Positions 52,511 to 63,944 are shown, numbered from the stretch's first letter. The stretch is DNA of 64,000 bases from Sphingobium ummariense RL-3 (GCF_000447205.1 NZ_AUWY01000019.1:46440-110439); one strand, 5' to 3'. A program made the numbers and translations. Notes: generated from the letters alone by a model not told the origin.

Positions 52511-53983
52511 CTATTCCGCCCGCTTGAAATCCCGCAGGGCGCCGCGCGCGCCGTCCGTCTCGATCCGGCCGAGCCAATGGACCAACGCCATGCGAAAGGC
52601 GCCGCTCCCTGCCAGTGCGGGGGGGAAAATCGACTCGATGCCCAGCAGCGAATCGACTCGCGCAGCCGTGTCGCCCGCCTGCGCGAGGCAAGCCGCCGTT
52701 GTGTCGGCCAGCGGATCGTCGACCGTGAAGGCCTGCCCCTGGTCATCCCACCCGCCTTGCCAGCGCATCCACGCCGCGACGGCGAGCGCCAGCGCCTCGA
52801 TGCTCTGCCCTGCCTCCAGCCGCGCAGCGATCGGGGCGAGCAGTCGCTGGGGCAGCTTCTGCGATCCGTCCATCGCGATCTGGCGCGTGCGATGGCGCAG
52901 GGTGGGATTGTCGAACCGCGCCATGAGCGCGCGCCGATAGGTGGCGATATCCAGCTCGGCCGGCGGCGACAGCGTCGTCTGCGATTCGTCCCACAGCGCT
53001 TCGACCAGGACGCGGGCCTCGGGCAGGGCCAGCACCTCATGCACATGCTCGATGCCGGCAAGCCCGCCCAGATAGGCGATGGCGCTGTGTGCCCCGTTGA
53101 GCAGGCGCAGCTTCGCCTCCTCCCAGGGGGCGACGGCCGCCGTCAGCTGAACGCCCGCGCCGAACACGGGGCGCGGGCCGCAGAAACGATCCTCGATCAC
53201 CCACTGGACGAAGGGTTCGGCTTTGACCATCGCCTGGTCCTCGATCCCCATGCGCGCGGCGAGCGCGGCGATGTCCTCCGCCGTGGTGGCCGGGACGATG
53301 CGATCGACCATGGTCTCGGGGAACGCGCCCCTCGCCGCGATCCATTCCGCCAGCGCCGGATCGTGGCGGCGGGCCAGCTCCAGCACCGCCGCCCGCAGGC
53401 GCGTGCCATTATGCGGCAGGTTGTCGCAGGAAATCGCGGTGAAGGGCGGCAGGCCCGCCGAGCGCCGCCGGGCGAGCGCCGCGACGATATAGCCGGGCGC
53501 CGTCTGCGGCCGATCGAGCGAAACGATGTCGGCGGCGAGTTGCGCATCCCCCTCGATCAGTGCGCCGGTGGCGGGGTCGAGCTTGTAGCCCTTCTCCGTC
53601 ACCGTCAGTGTCACGATATGGGTATCGGGCGCGGCCATGACAGCGAGCAGCGCCTCGGGATCCTCCGGCGCCACGATCACGTCCTGCACCGCGCCGATGA
53701 CGCGCGCAGCCTCCCCCGCGCCATCGCGGACCAGCAGGGTATAAAGGCAGTCCTGCGGCACCATATGGTCGCGCACCGCAGGGGACCGCAGCGACGCGGC
53801 AACGATGCCCCAGCGCCGGTCGCCGGCGGCCAGCGCATCGTCGAACACCACCGCCTGGTGCGCGCGATGAAAGGCGCCGATGCCGAGATGAACGACGCCC
53901 GTCTTCACCGCGACGCGGTCATAGCCGGGGCGGAGCACATCGGCGGGGAGGTCGGCAAGCGTCGCCGCGGACAGACGGGTCAT
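52511..53983 (-). CDS. uxuB: Mannitol dehydrogenase family oxidoreductase (fructuronate reductase UxuB-like)
   Basis: N-terminal Rossmann fold (VHLGIGAFHRAHQAV) and the MDH-family C-terminal domain. Start overlaps the uxaC stop. Confidence 0.75.
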   Translation of the reverse strand: MTRLSAATLADLPADVLRPGYDRVAVKTGVVHLGIGAFHRAHQAVVFDDALAAGDRRWGIVAASLRSPAVRDHMVPQDCLYTLLVRDGAGEAARVIGAVQDVIVAPEDPEALLAVMAAPDTHIVTLTVTEKGYKLDPATGALIEGDAQLAADIVSLDRPQTAPGYIVAALARRRSAGLPPFTAISCDNLPHNGTRLRAAVLELARRHDPALAEWIAARGAFPETMVDRIVPATTAEDIAALAARMGIEDQAMVKAEPFVQWVIEDRFCGPRPVFGAGVQLTAAVAPWEEAKLRLLNGAHSAIAYLGGLAGIEHVHEVLALPEARVLVEALWDESQTTLSPPAELDIATYRRALMARFDNPTLRHRTRQIAMDGSQKLPQRLLAPIAARLEAGQSIEALALAVAAWMRWQGGWDDQGQAFTVDDPLADTTAACLAQAGDTAARVDSLLGIESIFPPALAGSGAFRMALVHWLGRIETDGARGALRDFKRAE

Positions 53984-55392
53984 AGCTTGTAGGCCTGCTT
54001 GACGAGATCATAGGACAGGGCGCGGGCAACCTCGAAGGCTTCGTCCTCATCCATGCGGTGCTCCGCGACGAGGCGGGCGAGGAAGGCGCAATCCATACGA
54101 CGGGCGACATCGTGCCGCGCCGGGATCGACAGGAAAGCGCGGGTGTCGTCATTGAATCCGACGGTATTGTAGAAACCGCCCGTCTCGGTCGCCCGTTCGC
54201 GGAAGCGGCGCATGCCCTCCGGGCTGTCGTGGAACCACCAGGGCGGCCCCAGCCGCAGTGCGGGATAATGGCCGGCCAGCGGCGCCAGCTCGCGCGAATA
54301 GACATCCTCGTCCAGGGTGAAGAGCACCAGCGTCAGGCGCGGATCGTTGCCGAAGCGGTCGAGCAAGGGCTTCAGCGCCCGCACGAACTCTCCGGGAAGC
54401 GGTATGTCCCCGCCCTTGTCGCGGCCGAAGCGCTGGAGCACGGCGGCATTGTGGCTGCGATAGACCGCGGGATGGATCTGCATCACCATGCCGTCCTCGA
54501 TCGACATGCGCGCCATTTCGGTGAGCATATGGCCGCGAAACAGCTCCGCCTCCTGCGGCGCCACCGGACCGGCCATGACCTTGGCGTAGAGCGCCTCGAT
54601 CTCGGCAGCCGGCAGGTCGGCGGTGAAGGCCGACGGATGGCCATGGTCGGTGGAGGTCGCGCCCGCCGCGCGGAAATCGGCCCGCCGCTTCTCATGCGCG
54701 CGCAGATAGCCGGCGAAGCTGCCGCTGTCCTCGCCCGCCATGGCGCAGAAGGCGCGCACCTTGTCGATGAAGCCGCTTGTGTCCGGGTCCATCACCGGGT
54801 CGGGGCGATAGGCGGTGACCACTTTGCCCTTCCAGCCCGATTCCCGGATCGCACGGTGATGATCGAGCGGATCGAGCGGCCCCTCGGTCGTGGCGATCAC
54901 CTCGATATTGTAGCGCTCGAACAGCGCACGCGGGCGGAAGGCATCGGTCTTCAGCGCCGCGTCGATCAGGTCGTAATAATGGTCGGCGGTCGCCGTCTCC
55001 AGCTGCACGTCGATACCGAACGCCTCGGCGAAGACCCAGTCCAGCCACAGGCGGGAAGGCGTGCCGCGGAACAGATGGTAATGCGCGGCGAACCGGTGCC
55101 AGATCGCGCGCGGATCGGTCTCTGTCGGGCTGCCATCGACGGTCGGGATGCCCAGTTGCTCCAGCTTCACCCCTTGGCTCATCAGCATGCGGAACACATA
55201 ATGGTCCGGCACGATCAGCAGGTCTGACGGGTTGGCGAAGGGTTCGTCATAGGCGAACCACGCCGGATCGGTGTGACCGTGCGGGCTGACGATCGGCAGG
55301 TCGCGGACGCTGGCATGGAGGGCGCGCGCGATGTCGCGGGTGCGTCCTTCGGCCGGAAAAAGCCGGTCGGGGTGAAGTTTCAGCGGTTTCAT
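53980..55392 (-). CDS. uxaC: Glucuronate isomerase (uronate isomerase)
   Basis: 470-aa UxaC pattern (MKPLKLHPDRLFPAEG...PIVSPHGHTDP...). The ORF in the track (to 56274) is a wrong fusion with the upstream gene region. Confidence 0.85.
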   Translation of the reverse strand: MKPLKLHPDRLFPAEGRTRDIARALHASVRDLPIVSPHGHTDPAWFAYDEPFANPSDLLIVPDHYVFRMLMSQGVKLEQLGIPTVDGSPTETDPRAIWHRFAAHYHLFRGTPSRLWLDWVFAEAFGIDVQLETATADHYYDLIDAALKTDAFRPRALFERYNIEVIATTEGPLDPLDHHRAIRESGWKGKVVTAYRPDPVMDPDTSGFIDKVRAFCAMAGEDSGSFAGYLRAHEKRRADFRAAGATSTDHGHPSAFTADLPAAEIEALYAKVMAGPVAPQEAELFRGHMLTEMARMSIEDGMVMQIHPAVYRSHNAAVLQRFGRDKGGDIPLPGEFVRALKPLLDRFGNDPRLTLVLFTLDEDVYSRELAPLAGHYPALRLGPPWWFHDSPEGMRRFRERATETGGFYNTVGFNDDTRAFLSIPARHDVARRMDCAFLARLVAEHRMDEDEAFEVARALSYDLVKQAYKL

Positions 55393-56666
55393 GCCTTGTC
55401 CGAAAGTCTGACCGGCGCATAGCGCGGGACGAAGATGTGAATGACGAGCAGCGCGACCAGATAGGCGCAGGCCGCGACGAAGAAGATCGGCTGGAAGCTG
55501 CCGACGGTTTCCAGGATCATGCCGGCATATTTCGCCATCAGCATGCCGCCCAGCGCGCCGGACAGGCCGCCCAGGCCGATGACCGATCCCGCCATCCAGC
55601 GCGGGAACAGGTCGCCCGGCAGCGCATAGATATTGGCGGAAAAGCCCTGATGCCCGGCACAGGCGAGGCCGATCAGCGCGACCGCGATCCACATGGACGG
55701 CGCCTGCGCCGCGAAGGCGATCGGCACCGCGCACAGGGCACAGCAGAACATGGCGGTCTTGCGCGCCCGGTTGACGCTGGCGCCCCGGCCGATCAGCCGC
55801 GACGACAGCCATCCGCCGGCCACCGATCCGACGTCGGCGAGCAGGTACACGGCGATCAGCGGCGGACCGAAGTCCAGCATCTTCACGCCATATTGCTTGT
55901 TGAAGAAGTCGGGCAGCCAGAAGAGGAAGGTCCACCACACCGGATCGATCAGGAAACGGCCGCTGATATAGGCCCAGGTCTGGCGATGCCGGAACAGCGT
56001 CGCCCATTTGACCGGGCGCTGCGGCTCCACCGGCTCCGCCTCGATCCAGGCCAGTTCCTCGGCGCTCAGCCCCTTCTTCTCGCGCGGGCTGCGGTAGAAG
56101 CCGAGCCAGGCGGCGAGCCAGATCACGGTCAGCAGGCCGGTCAGGATGAAGGCCCAGCGCCAGCCCAGCGACACGGCGATGATCGGCACGATCAGCGGCG
56201 TGACGATCGCGCCGACATTGGATCCCGCGTTGAAGATGCCGATGGCGAGCGCGCGCTCGCGCTTGGGAAACCATTCGTTGGTCGCCGCGATCGCGGCCGG
56301 GAAGGTCCCCGCTTCACCGATGGCGAGCGGGATACGCGCGATCAGCATCCCGGCCGTCGAGGTAAAGAAGATGTGCGCGACATGGCCGAAGGTCCACAGC
56401 GTCACCGCCAGCGCATAGCCGGCCCGCGCCCCGATCCTGTCGATCACCCGGCCGAAGAGGACATAGGCGATGCCGTATCCCGCCTGGAACCAGATCGCGA
56501 GGTCAGCATAGCCGCTCTCGCTCCAGCCGTAGCGCGCCTGAAGGTCAGGCTTCAGCGTGGGCAGGACCAGCCGGTCGACATAGCTCAGCACCACCGCCGC
56601 GAAGAGCAGGGCGCAGACGATCCAGCGGATCCTGCCCGACGGCTTCGGCATGGCCGCATCGGTCAT
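55389..56666 (-). CDS. exuT: MFS transporter, hexuronate transporter ExuT-like
   Basis: 12-TM MFS of the ExuT/anion:cation symporter type. ATGA overlap with uxaC. Confidence 0.8.
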   Translation of the reverse strand: MTDAAMPKPSGRIRWIVCALLFAAVVLSYVDRLVLPTLKPDLQARYGWSESGYADLAIWFQAGYGIAYVLFGRVIDRIGARAGYALAVTLWTFGHVAHIFFTSTAGMLIARIPLAIGEAGTFPAAIAATNEWFPKRERALAIGIFNAGSNVGAIVTPLIVPIIAVSLGWRWAFILTGLLTVIWLAAWLGFYRSPREKKGLSAEELAWIEAEPVEPQRPVKWATLFRHRQTWAYISGRFLIDPVWWTFLFWLPDFFNKQYGVKMLDFGPPLIAVYLLADVGSVAGGWLSSRLIGRGASVNRARKTAMFCCALCAVPIAFAAQAPSMWIAVALIGLACAGHQGFSANIYALPGDLFPRWMAGSVIGLGGLSGALGGMLMAKYAGMILETVGSFQPIFFVAACAYLVALLVIHIFVPRYAPVRLSDKA

Positions 56667-56817
56667 CGCGGTTCCCCTTCAGCGCAGGCCCGCCATGCTC
56701 CGCCCGGCGTCGCGGGGGCAGTGAAGGCGACGTGCAGATCGCCCCCACGCCCCCGCCGCCGCGCGGCTCCGTCCCCCTTCCACGGGAAGAGGGAGAGGCG
56801 GGATCGCATGGCTGTCA

Positions 56818-58029
56818 TCACCAATTGTACATCGTGCCGTCTTCCAGCCGGTTCACCGGCAGGAAGGCGCGCTTATATTCGTACTTGGCCGCCAGCTCCT
56901 CATCCAGATCGACGCCCAGGCCCGGCTTGTCGCCCGGATGCATCATGCCGTCGGCGAAGCTGTAGGCGTGCGGGAAGACCGCGTCGGTCTCCTCCGTATG
57001 GCGCATATATTCCTGGATGCCGAAATTCGGCACGCTCAGGTCGAAATGCAGCGCCGCGGCCATGCAGACCGGCGAAAGGTCGGTGGCGCCGTGGCAGCCG
57101 GTACGGATCTGGTACAGGTCCGCCAGCGCCGCGATGCGGCGCAAATGGGTGATGCCGCCCGCATGGACGACGGTCGCGCGGATATAGTCGATCAGCTGGT
57201 TCTGGATCAGGTCCTTGGCGTCCCAGATCGAATTGAAGATCTCGCCCACCGCCAGCGGCGCGGTGGTGTGCTGGCGGATCAGGCGGAATGCCTCCTGGTT
57301 CTCGGCCGGCGTTGCATCCTCCAGCCAGAAGGGGCGGTAAGGCTCCAGGTCCTTGCCCAGCCGGCCCGCCTCGATCGGGGTCAGGCGGTGGTGGATGTCG
57401 TGCAGCAGGTGCACGTCCCAGCCCAGCGCCTCGCGCGCCGCCTTGAACAGTTCCGGCACGACCCGCATGTATTTGCTGGTGTTCCAGACATTCTCGGTCG
57501 GCAGGTCCGCGTCGGCGGGCTCGTAGAAATATTTGTCCTTCGACACGCCATAGGTCGATGCCATGCCAGGCACGCCGCACTGCAGGCGGATCGCCTTGTA
57601 GCCCTGCGCCTGATATTCCAGCGCGACCTTGACCGTATCCTCGACCGTGGTGCCGTTGGCGTGGCCATAGACCATCACGCCCTCGCGGCTCGCGCCGCCC
57701 AGCAGCTGATAGACGGGCAGGCCCGCGACCTTGCCCTTGATGTCCCACAGCGCCATGTCGACCGCGGCGATGGCGGTCATGGTGACGGGTCCGCGCCGCC
57801 AATAGGCGCCCTTGTAGAGATATTGCCAGATGTCCTCGATCCGGTGCGCGTCGCGTCCGATCAGGCAGGGAATGACATGGTCGGTCAGATAGCTGGCCAC
57901 CGAAAGCTCGCGGCCGTTGAGCGTGGCGTCGCCCAGGCCGTAGACGCCTTCGTCGGTCTCGATCTTCAGCGTGACGAAGTTGCGGCCGGGGCAGGTGACG
58001 ATGACCTTGGCACCTGTAATGATAGGCAT
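56818..58029 (-). CDS. manD: D-mannonate dehydratase of the enolase superfamily (ManD)
   Basis: [41 protein letters not shown]... follows the ManD pattern. Start at 58029 with the SD aggaaacagc. The track ORF is over-extended to 58605. Confidence 0.85.
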   Translation of the reverse strand: MPIITGAKVIVTCPGRNFVTLKIETDEGVYGLGDATLNGRELSVASYLTDHVIPCLIGRDAHRIEDIWQYLYKGAYWRRGPVTMTAIAAVDMALWDIKGKVAGLPVYQLLGGASREGVMVYGHANGTTVEDTVKVALEYQAQGYKAIRLQCGVPGMASTYGVSKDKYFYEPADADLPTENVWNTSKYMRVVPELFKAAREALGWDVHLLHDIHHRLTPIEAGRLGKDLEPYRPFWLEDATPAENQEAFRLIRQHTTAPLAVGEIFNSIWDAKDLIQNQLIDYIRATVVHAGGITHLRRIAALADLYQIRTGCHGATDLSPVCMAAALHFDLSVPNFGIQEYMRHTEETDAVFPHAYSFADGMMHPGDKPGLGVDLDEELAAKYEYKRAFLPVNRLEDGTMYNW

Positions 58030-58046
58030 TGCTGTTTCCTGTCCTT

Positions 58047-60425
58047 TCAGACGATTTCTAGCGTGGCGGTCTTGAGGGTCTGGCTGTCGGAGCCGACCAT
58101 GATGTCGAAGAGGCCGGGTTCGACGACCTCCTTCATGTCGATGTTCCAGAGCGAGAAGGCATCGGGGCCGAGCGTGAAGCGGACCGTGCGGCTTTCGCCG
58201 GGATTGAGCGTCACGCGCTCGAAGCCCTTCAGCTCCTTGACCGGACGGGTCACCGATGCGGTCTGGTCGTGGACGTAGAGCTGGACGACCTCGTCCCCTG
58301 CCCTGTCGCCGACATTGCGCACCTCGACCTCCACCGTGACCTCTCCGCCGGTACCGATGCGCGGCGCCGAGAGCTTGGGGGCACCGATGTCGAAACGGGT
58401 ATAGCTGAGGCCGAAACCGAAGGGGAAAAGCGGGGTCACGTCCCCGAACAGATAGCCGCGCCGGGCCGAAGGCTTGGCATTGTAGAAGACCGGAACCTGA
58501 CCGACCTCGCGCGCGACGCTGACGGGCAGCTTCGCGCCGGGATTGACGTCGCCGAACAGCACGTCCGCCATGGCGGTGCCGCCCTCTTGCCCCGGATACC
58601 AGCATTCCAGCAGCGCATTCGCATCCGCGGCAACGGCCGGATAGCTGGGCGGCCGGCCATTGATTGCGCAGACCACGACCGGCTTGCCGGTGGCCTTGAG
58701 CGCGGCGAAAAGCTCGTTCTGCTCGCCCACCAGGTCGATGTCGGTGCGGTCCCCCAGATGGTTCTTCGCAAAGGCTTCGCGGCTGGTCTGCTCGGTGTCG
58801 CCGATCGCGAGCAGGACGATGTCGGTTCCCTTCGCGACCTCGACCGCTTCGGCGATCAGCTGCCGGTTCTTCTCGGGATCGGCCAGCAGCACCTCGTCGG
58901 CGGAGCGGTCCTCGCTCTGGGTGATGAACACGCCCTGCGCATGGACCACCTCCGCCTTGCCCTTCAGCTTCGCTCGCACGCCTTCCAGCAACGACACGGT
59001 CTGGCGCGGCTCGCTGGAATAGCCGCCCAGCCGCGCGACGGCGGCATTGGGACCGATCACAGCAACCCGTTTGTGGGCGCCCGCCGTCAGCGGCAGGGTG
59101 CCGTCATTCTTCAGCAGGGCGATCGACTTGTGCGCCGCCTTCAGCGCCAGCGCGCGCGCCTCCGCATTGCCGGTCAGCGTCGCATAATCCTTGCGCGGCC
59201 AGGGATTTTCGAACAAGCCCGCGCGGAATTTCAGCGTCAACATATGGCGGCAGGCCGTATCCACCGCTTCGACCGGCACCTTGCCCGCGCGCACCTGGTC
59301 CACCAGCGTGCGATAGGCCGTGCCGTCGGGCAGTTCGCAATCCACCCCCGCCCGCAGCGCCGCCCGGCCCGCCGATTCCAGGTCGGGCTGGACATGGTGG
59401 ATGCTGTTCAGCTCGTGCACCGCGCCATAATCGCTGACGATGGCGCCGTCGAAATGCCATTCGCCCCGCAGCACCTCGGTCAGCAGCCAGCGATTGGCGT
59501 GGGAGGGCACGCCGTCGATTTCGTTATAGGACGGCATCACCGCGCCGATCCCGGTGCGCTTCACCACCTCGCGGAAGGGCGGGAAGAAATTCTCGCGCAG
59601 CTCGCGCTCCGAAAAGGGTGCCGGGCCGACATTGACGCCGCTTTCCGGCTGGCCATGGCCGGTCATGTGCTTCAGCGTCGCCATGACCTTGTCGGGGCCT
59701 AGCTCCTTCCCCTCGCCCTGCAGGCCGAGGACGGCCGCCACGCCCATCTCGCCGCAGAGATAGGGGTCTTCGCCGAAGGTCTCCTCGATCCGCCCCCACC
59801 GTGGATCGCGAGCGATGTCCACCACCGGCGACAGCGCCAGATGAACGCCGCGCGCCCGCACCTCGCGCGCGATGACCGACTGGACGTCCTGCATCAGCTC
59901 CCGGTCGAAACTGCCCGCCATGCCGATCGCCATCGGGAACATGGTCGCCTCGCTGGCCATATAGCCGTGCAGCGATTCCTCGTGGAACAGCACCGGGATG
60001 CCGAGCCGCGTTTCCTCCATCGCCCATTTCTGGATCGACTCGATGAAGGCCACGGTCTCGGCGGGGGTGCGCCAGCGCGCGCCGGTCCCGCCCGCCTGGA
60101 CCGATCCGTTGGGGGCGCCGCGCCGGTCGGAAGGACGGGTGATCTGGCCGAAACCGTTGGGATAGGCGGCCTTCGCCTTGGCGGAAGAGAATGTCAGGCC
60201 ATCCATGATATCGGCCTTGGTCGCCCACAGCGCGATGATCTGCGCGACCTTCTCTTCCAGCGTCATGCGGGAAAGCAGGTCGCGGACCCGCAAGTCGACG
60301 GGCGCGGAGGCGTCCTTGTAAATCGGGCCTCCCTTGCCCTTCGCGACCGCAGGCGCGGCCGCCACGATCGACGTGGAGGCGAGCAGGCCGAGGGCCTGCC
60401 GGCGGCCGAGACGCGGCGCGCTCAT
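58047..60425 (-). CDS. Glycoside hydrolase family 3 exo-glycosidase (beta-glucosidase/beta-xylosidase type) with Tat signal
   Basis: Tat motif [10 protein letters not shown]3 N- and C-terminal domains and an FnIII-like tail. 792 aa. Confidence 0.85.
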   Translation of the reverse strand: MSAPRLGRRQALGLLASTSIVAAAPAVAKGKGGPIYKDASAPVDLRVRDLLSRMTLEEKVAQIIALWATKADIMDGLTFSSAKAKAAYPNGFGQITRPSDRRGAPNGSVQAGGTGARWRTPAETVAFIESIQKWAMEETRLGIPVLFHEESLHGYMASEATMFPMAIGMAGSFDRELMQDVQSVIAREVRARGVHLALSPVVDIARDPRWGRIEETFGEDPYLCGEMGVAAVLGLQGEGKELGPDKVMATLKHMTGHGQPESGVNVGPAPFSERELRENFFPPFREVVKRTGIGAVMPSYNEIDGVPSHANRWLLTEVLRGEWHFDGAIVSDYGAVHELNSIHHVQPDLESAGRAALRAGVDCELPDGTAYRTLVDQVRAGKVPVEAVDTACRHMLTLKFRAGLFENPWPRKDYATLTGNAEARALALKAAHKSIALLKNDGTLPLTAGAHKRVAVIGPNAAVARLGGYSSEPRQTVSLLEGVRAKLKGKAEVVHAQGVFITQSEDRSADEVLLADPEKNRQLIAEAVEVAKGTDIVLLAIGDTEQTSREAFAKNHLGDRTDIDLVGEQNELFAALKATGKPVVVCAINGRPPSYPAVAADANALLECWYPGQEGGTAMADVLFGDVNPGAKLPVSVAREVGQVPVFYNAKPSARRGYLFGDVTPLFPFGFGLSYTRFDIGAPKLSAPRIGTGGEVTVEVEVRNVGDRAGDEVVQLYVHDQTASVTRPVKELKGFERVTLNPGESRTVRFTLGPDAFSLWNIDMKEVVEPGLFDIMVGSDSQTLKTATLEIV

Positions 60426-60538
60426 GCCGGTGCCACCCGCCCGAAACCGATGCCATCAATGACGCGGAACATGCTGCGTGACCGGATCAACACCCCTCTC
60501 CCCCTTGCGCGGCAAACTTTCCGCTTGCCCCCGGACGA

Positions 60539-60554
60539 TTGATAACGCTACCAA
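60539..60554. promoter_or_regulatory. Second copy of the LacI-type operator (TTGATAACGCTACCAA) in the divergent GH3 / GH67 promoter region
   Basis: Its reverse complement TTGGTAGCGTTATCAA matches the 52287-52300 site with 1 mismatch in the 14-bp core. Confidence 0.5.
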
Positions 60555-60625
60555 TGATCAGACAAGAGGGCGTTGTCAATGCCCGTCCGGTCGTATCTGG
60601 CCCGAACATTGGAGAGGGGACGTTC

Positions 60626-62779
60626 ATGCTCACGCGCCTGTTTAGCTGGTCCATCGCGCTTGCATCCATTGCGGCCGCGCCGGCCGTCATGGCGGAGGAC
60701 GGCTACGACCTGTGGCTTCGCTATCCCAAGGCTGAAGGAACCGCCCTTTCCACCCTTTCCAGCCACGCCACCAGCATCGCGATCGCCGCCCAGGGTGATA
60801 CCGCCAAGGTAGCTCGGGACGAGCTGATCCGTGGCCTCGGCAAGATGACCGGCGTCAACCCGACGGTCGCGGGAACGCCGCAGGCCGGCTCCATCTGGCT
60901 CGCCACGCCCGCCACCGATCCGGCGCTCGCCTCGCAGCCGGTGAAGCTCGACGGACTCGGTGATGAAGGCTATCTGATCCGGACCGTTACCGTTAACGGG
61001 AATCCGGTGACGCTTATCGCCGCCAACCGGGAGATCGGTCTGCTCTACGGCGCTTTCCACTATCTGCGGCTGGCGCAGGGCGGCGGCTCGCTCGACCGGA
61101 TCGACATCCGCTCCACGCCAAAGATCAAGCTGCGGCTGCTCAACCATTGGGACAATCTCGATCGCACGGTGGAACGCGGCTATGCCGGCCAGTCGATCTG
61201 GGACTGGTGGCGCCTGCCCGAATGGAAGGGACCGCGCTATACCGACTATGCCCGCGCCAACGCGTCGCTCGGCATCAACGGCACGGTTCTGAACAATGTC
61301 AACGCGAAGCCCGAAAGCCTGACCGCCCCCTATATCGCCAAGGCCGCCGCGCTGGCGGACGTGTTCCGCCCCTATGGCATCAAGGTCTATCTCTCCGCCC
61401 GCTGGTCGACGCCGGTCGAACTGGGCGAACTCAAGACCGCCGATCCCCTCGACCCGCAGGTCGCCGCCTGGTGGAAGGCGAAGGCGGACGAAATCTACAA
61501 GGCGATCCCCGATTTCGGCGGCTTCCTGGTCAAGGCGAACAGCGAGGGCCAGCCCGGCCCCCAGGACTATAAGCGCAACCATGCCGAAGGGGCCAACATG
61601 CTGGCCGCCGCACTCAAGCCGCATGGCGGCATCGTGATGTGGCGCGCCTTCGTCTATGCACATGACAATCCCGACGACCGCGCCAAGCAGGCCTATGCCG
61701 ACTTCAAGCCGCTGGACGGCCAGTTCGCCGACAATGTGCTGGTGCAGGTGAAGAACGGCGCGATCGATTTCCAGCCGCGCGAGCCGTTCCACCCGCTGTT
61801 CGGCGCGATGCCGAAGACGCCGCTGATGATGGAATTCCAGATCACCAAGGAATATCTGGGCCAGTCGACCAACCTCACCTATCTCGGCACCTTGTTCCAG
61901 GAGACGCTGGAAAGCGACACCTATGCCAAGGGCAAGGGCTCGACGGTCGCCAAGGTGATCGACGGCAGCCTGGACGGCCACAAGCTGACCGGCATCGCCG
62001 GCGTCGCGAACATCGGCGTCGACCGCGACTGGAGCGGCTCGATCTTCAACCAGGCCGACTGGTACGCCTTCGGGCGGCTTGCCTGGGATCCCGAGCTTGG
62101 CGCCGAAGGCATTGCCCGCGAATGGGCCGCGCTCACCTTCTCTCCCGACCGCAGGATCGTCGATCCGGTCGTCCGCATGATGATGGGATCGCGCGAGGCG
62201 GCGGTGAACTATATGACGCCGCTGGGGCTTGCGCATATCATGAGCGTCTACGGCCATTACGGCCCGGGCCCCTGGGTGGACACGCTCGACCGCCCCGAAT
62301 GGAACCCCGTCTATTATCACCGGGCGGACGCGCAGGGCATCGGCTTCGATCGCACGGCCACCGGCAGCAACGCCATCGCGCAATATGCGCCGGAAATCGC
62401 CCGCCGCCTCGCCAAGGTCTCGACCACGCCGGAAAACGAACTGCTGTGGTGGCATCACGTCGGCTGGGATCAGAAGCTCTCGTCGGGCGAAACGCTCTGG
62501 GACAGCCTGGTACATCATTATGACCAGGGCGTCGCCTATGTGCAGGGCATGCGGCAGCAGTGGGCCGCGCTCCGCCCCTATGTCGATGCCGACCGCTTCA
62601 AGCAGACGGAAACCTTCCTGATGATGCAGGAACAGGATGCCCGGCTGTGGCGCAACGCCTGCATCGCCTATTTCCAGTCGATTTCGAAGCGTCCTCTTCC
62701 GGCCGGCGCCGCCGCGCCCGAACATCCGCTGGAATGGTACAAGGCGCTTAAGTGGCCCTACAATCCCGGTCAGCCTTGA
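60626..62779 (+). CDS. aguA: GH67 alpha-glucuronidase (xylan alpha-1,2-glucuronidase)
   Basis: 717 aa with signal peptide and the three-domain GH67 pattern. SD ggagagggga precedes the ATG at 60626. Confidence 0.8.
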   Translation: MLTRLFSWSIALASIAAAPAVMAEDGYDLWLRYPKAEGTALSTLSSHATSIAIAAQGDTAKVARDELIRGLGKMTGVNPTVAGTPQAGSIWLATPATDPALASQPVKLDGLGDEGYLIRTVTVNGNPVTLIAANREIGLLYGAFHYLRLAQGGGSLDRIDIRSTPKIKLRLLNHWDNLDRTVERGYAGQSIWDWWRLPEWKGPRYTDYARANASLGINGTVLNNVNAKPESLTAPYIAKAAALADVFRPYGIKVYLSARWSTPVELGELKTADPLDPQVAAWWKAKADEIYKAIPDFGGFLVKANSEGQPGPQDYKRNHAEGANMLAAALKPHGGIVMWRAFVYAHDNPDDRAKQAYADFKPLDGQFADNVLVQVKNGAIDFQPREPFHPLFGAMPKTPLMMEFQITKEYLGQSTNLTYLGTLFQETLESDTYAKGKGSTVAKVIDGSLDGHKLTGIAGVANIGVDRDWSGSIFNQADWYAFGRLAWDPELGAEGIAREWAALTFSPDRRIVDPVVRMMMGSREAAVNYMTPLGLAHIMSVYGHYGPGPWVDTLDRPEWNPVYYHRADAQGIGFDRTATGSNAIAQYAPEIARRLAKVSTTPENELLWWHHVGWDQKLSSGETLWDSLVHHYDQGVAYVQGMRQQWAALRPYVDADRFKQTETFLMMQEQDARLWRNACIAYFQSISKRPLPAGAAAPEHPLEWYKALKWPYNPGQP

Positions 62780-62870
62780 TTCACATTTAGCTTTCGCTTT
62801 GTCCGACAATATCGCTACGGTTGGTGCACGATGATCTGAGCGGTCACTTTTGGGGGAAGGAGCGTCGCCA

Positions 62871-63944
62871 ATGGAACCAAGAAGTTCCCGCAGACAACGT
62901 AATGCGCCTACTATAAACGACGTCGCCCGATGGGCTGGCGTGTCGCCGATGACCGTTTCGCGGGTGATCAACCGCGAACAGGTCGTCCGTCCGGAAACGC
63001 GGGAAAAGGTGGAGGCGGCGATCACCGCCCTCAACTATGCGCCCAGCGCGGCGGCGCGCAGCCTGGCGGGCGGCGACGAAACCCGCATAGGCCTGCTCTA
63101 CAGCAACCCGTCGGCTTCCTACCTCAGCGAGTTTCTGGTCGGAAGCCTCGACCAGGCGGCGCGCTTCGGGGTGCATCTGGTGGTCGAGAAGTGGGACGAG
63201 AAGACATCGGTCGCCGCCGCCGTCGATCATTTGCGGCGGGGACGCCTGGACGGGGTGATCCTGCCGCCCCCCCTCTGCGACATGACGGAAATGATCGCCG
63301 CGCTCGACGATGCCGGGATCGCGGCGGTGGCAGTCGCGACCGGTCGCGATCCCGACGACGTCTCCGTGGTCAACATCGACGACCGAGGGGCGGCCTATGC
63401 GATGACCCGGCACCTGATCGCGCTGGGCCACCACCGCATCGGCTTCATCAAGGGCAATCCCAACCAGACCGCCAGCGACCAGCGATTCCGGGGCTATCTG
63501 GATGCGCTGGCGCAATCGGGCATCGCCCAGGACGATGCGCTGGTGGCGCAGGGCTATTTCACCTACCGCTCCGGCCTGGACGCGGCCGAGCAGATCCTGG
63601 AATTGCCCAACGCCCCGACCGCGATCTTCGCCAGCAATGACGACATGGCGGCCGCGACGGTGGCGATCGCGCACCGCAACGGCCTCGACGTGCCCGGCGA
63701 CCTCACCGTCTGCGGCTTCGACGACACGTCCCTGGCTACGACGATATGGCCCGAGCTGACGACCATCCGCCAGCCGATCAGCGCCATGTCACGGGCGGCG
63801 GTCGACGTTCTGATCGAGCAGATCAAGGCGCGCAAGGGCAAGACCAAAGTGTCGCCCGGTCATCTGATGCTGGACTATGAGCTGATCCGGCGGCAGTCGG
63901 ACGCCGCCCCCCGGCTTCGTCCCCGGCAGAAGGTCAAGAAGTAG
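62871..63944 (+). CDS. LacI family transcriptional regulator
   Basis: N-terminal HTH (PTINDVARWAGVSPMTVSRVIN) plus a periplasmic-binding-protein-like sugar-binding domain. SD aaggag. Confidence 0.85.
   Translation: MEPRSSRRQRNAPTINDVARWAGVSPMTVSRVINREQVVRPETREKVEAAITALNYAPSAAARSLAGGDETRIGLLYSNPSASYLSEFLVGSLDQAARFGVHLVVEKWDEKTSVAAAVDHLRRGRLDGVILPPPLCDMTEMIAALDDAGIAAVAVATGRDPDDVSVVNIDDRGAAYAMTRHLIALGHHRIGFIKGNPNQTASDQRFRGYLDALAQSGIAQDDALVAQGYFTYRSGLDAAEQILELPNAPTAIFASNDDMAAATVAIAHRNGLDVPGDLTVCGFDDTSLATTIWPELTTIRQPISAMSRAAVDVLIEQIKARKGKTKVSPGHLMLDYELIRRQSDAAPRLRPRQKVKK

Noticed and set aside
56667-56817. 50-codon ORF ([28 protein letters not shown]...) between manD and exuT with an ATGA overlap to exuT.
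   Set aside because: Arg/Gly-rich, low-complexity and GC-rich, with no SD. Most likely a chance ORF in an intergenic region. Mentioned only in connection with the 19-nt repeat.
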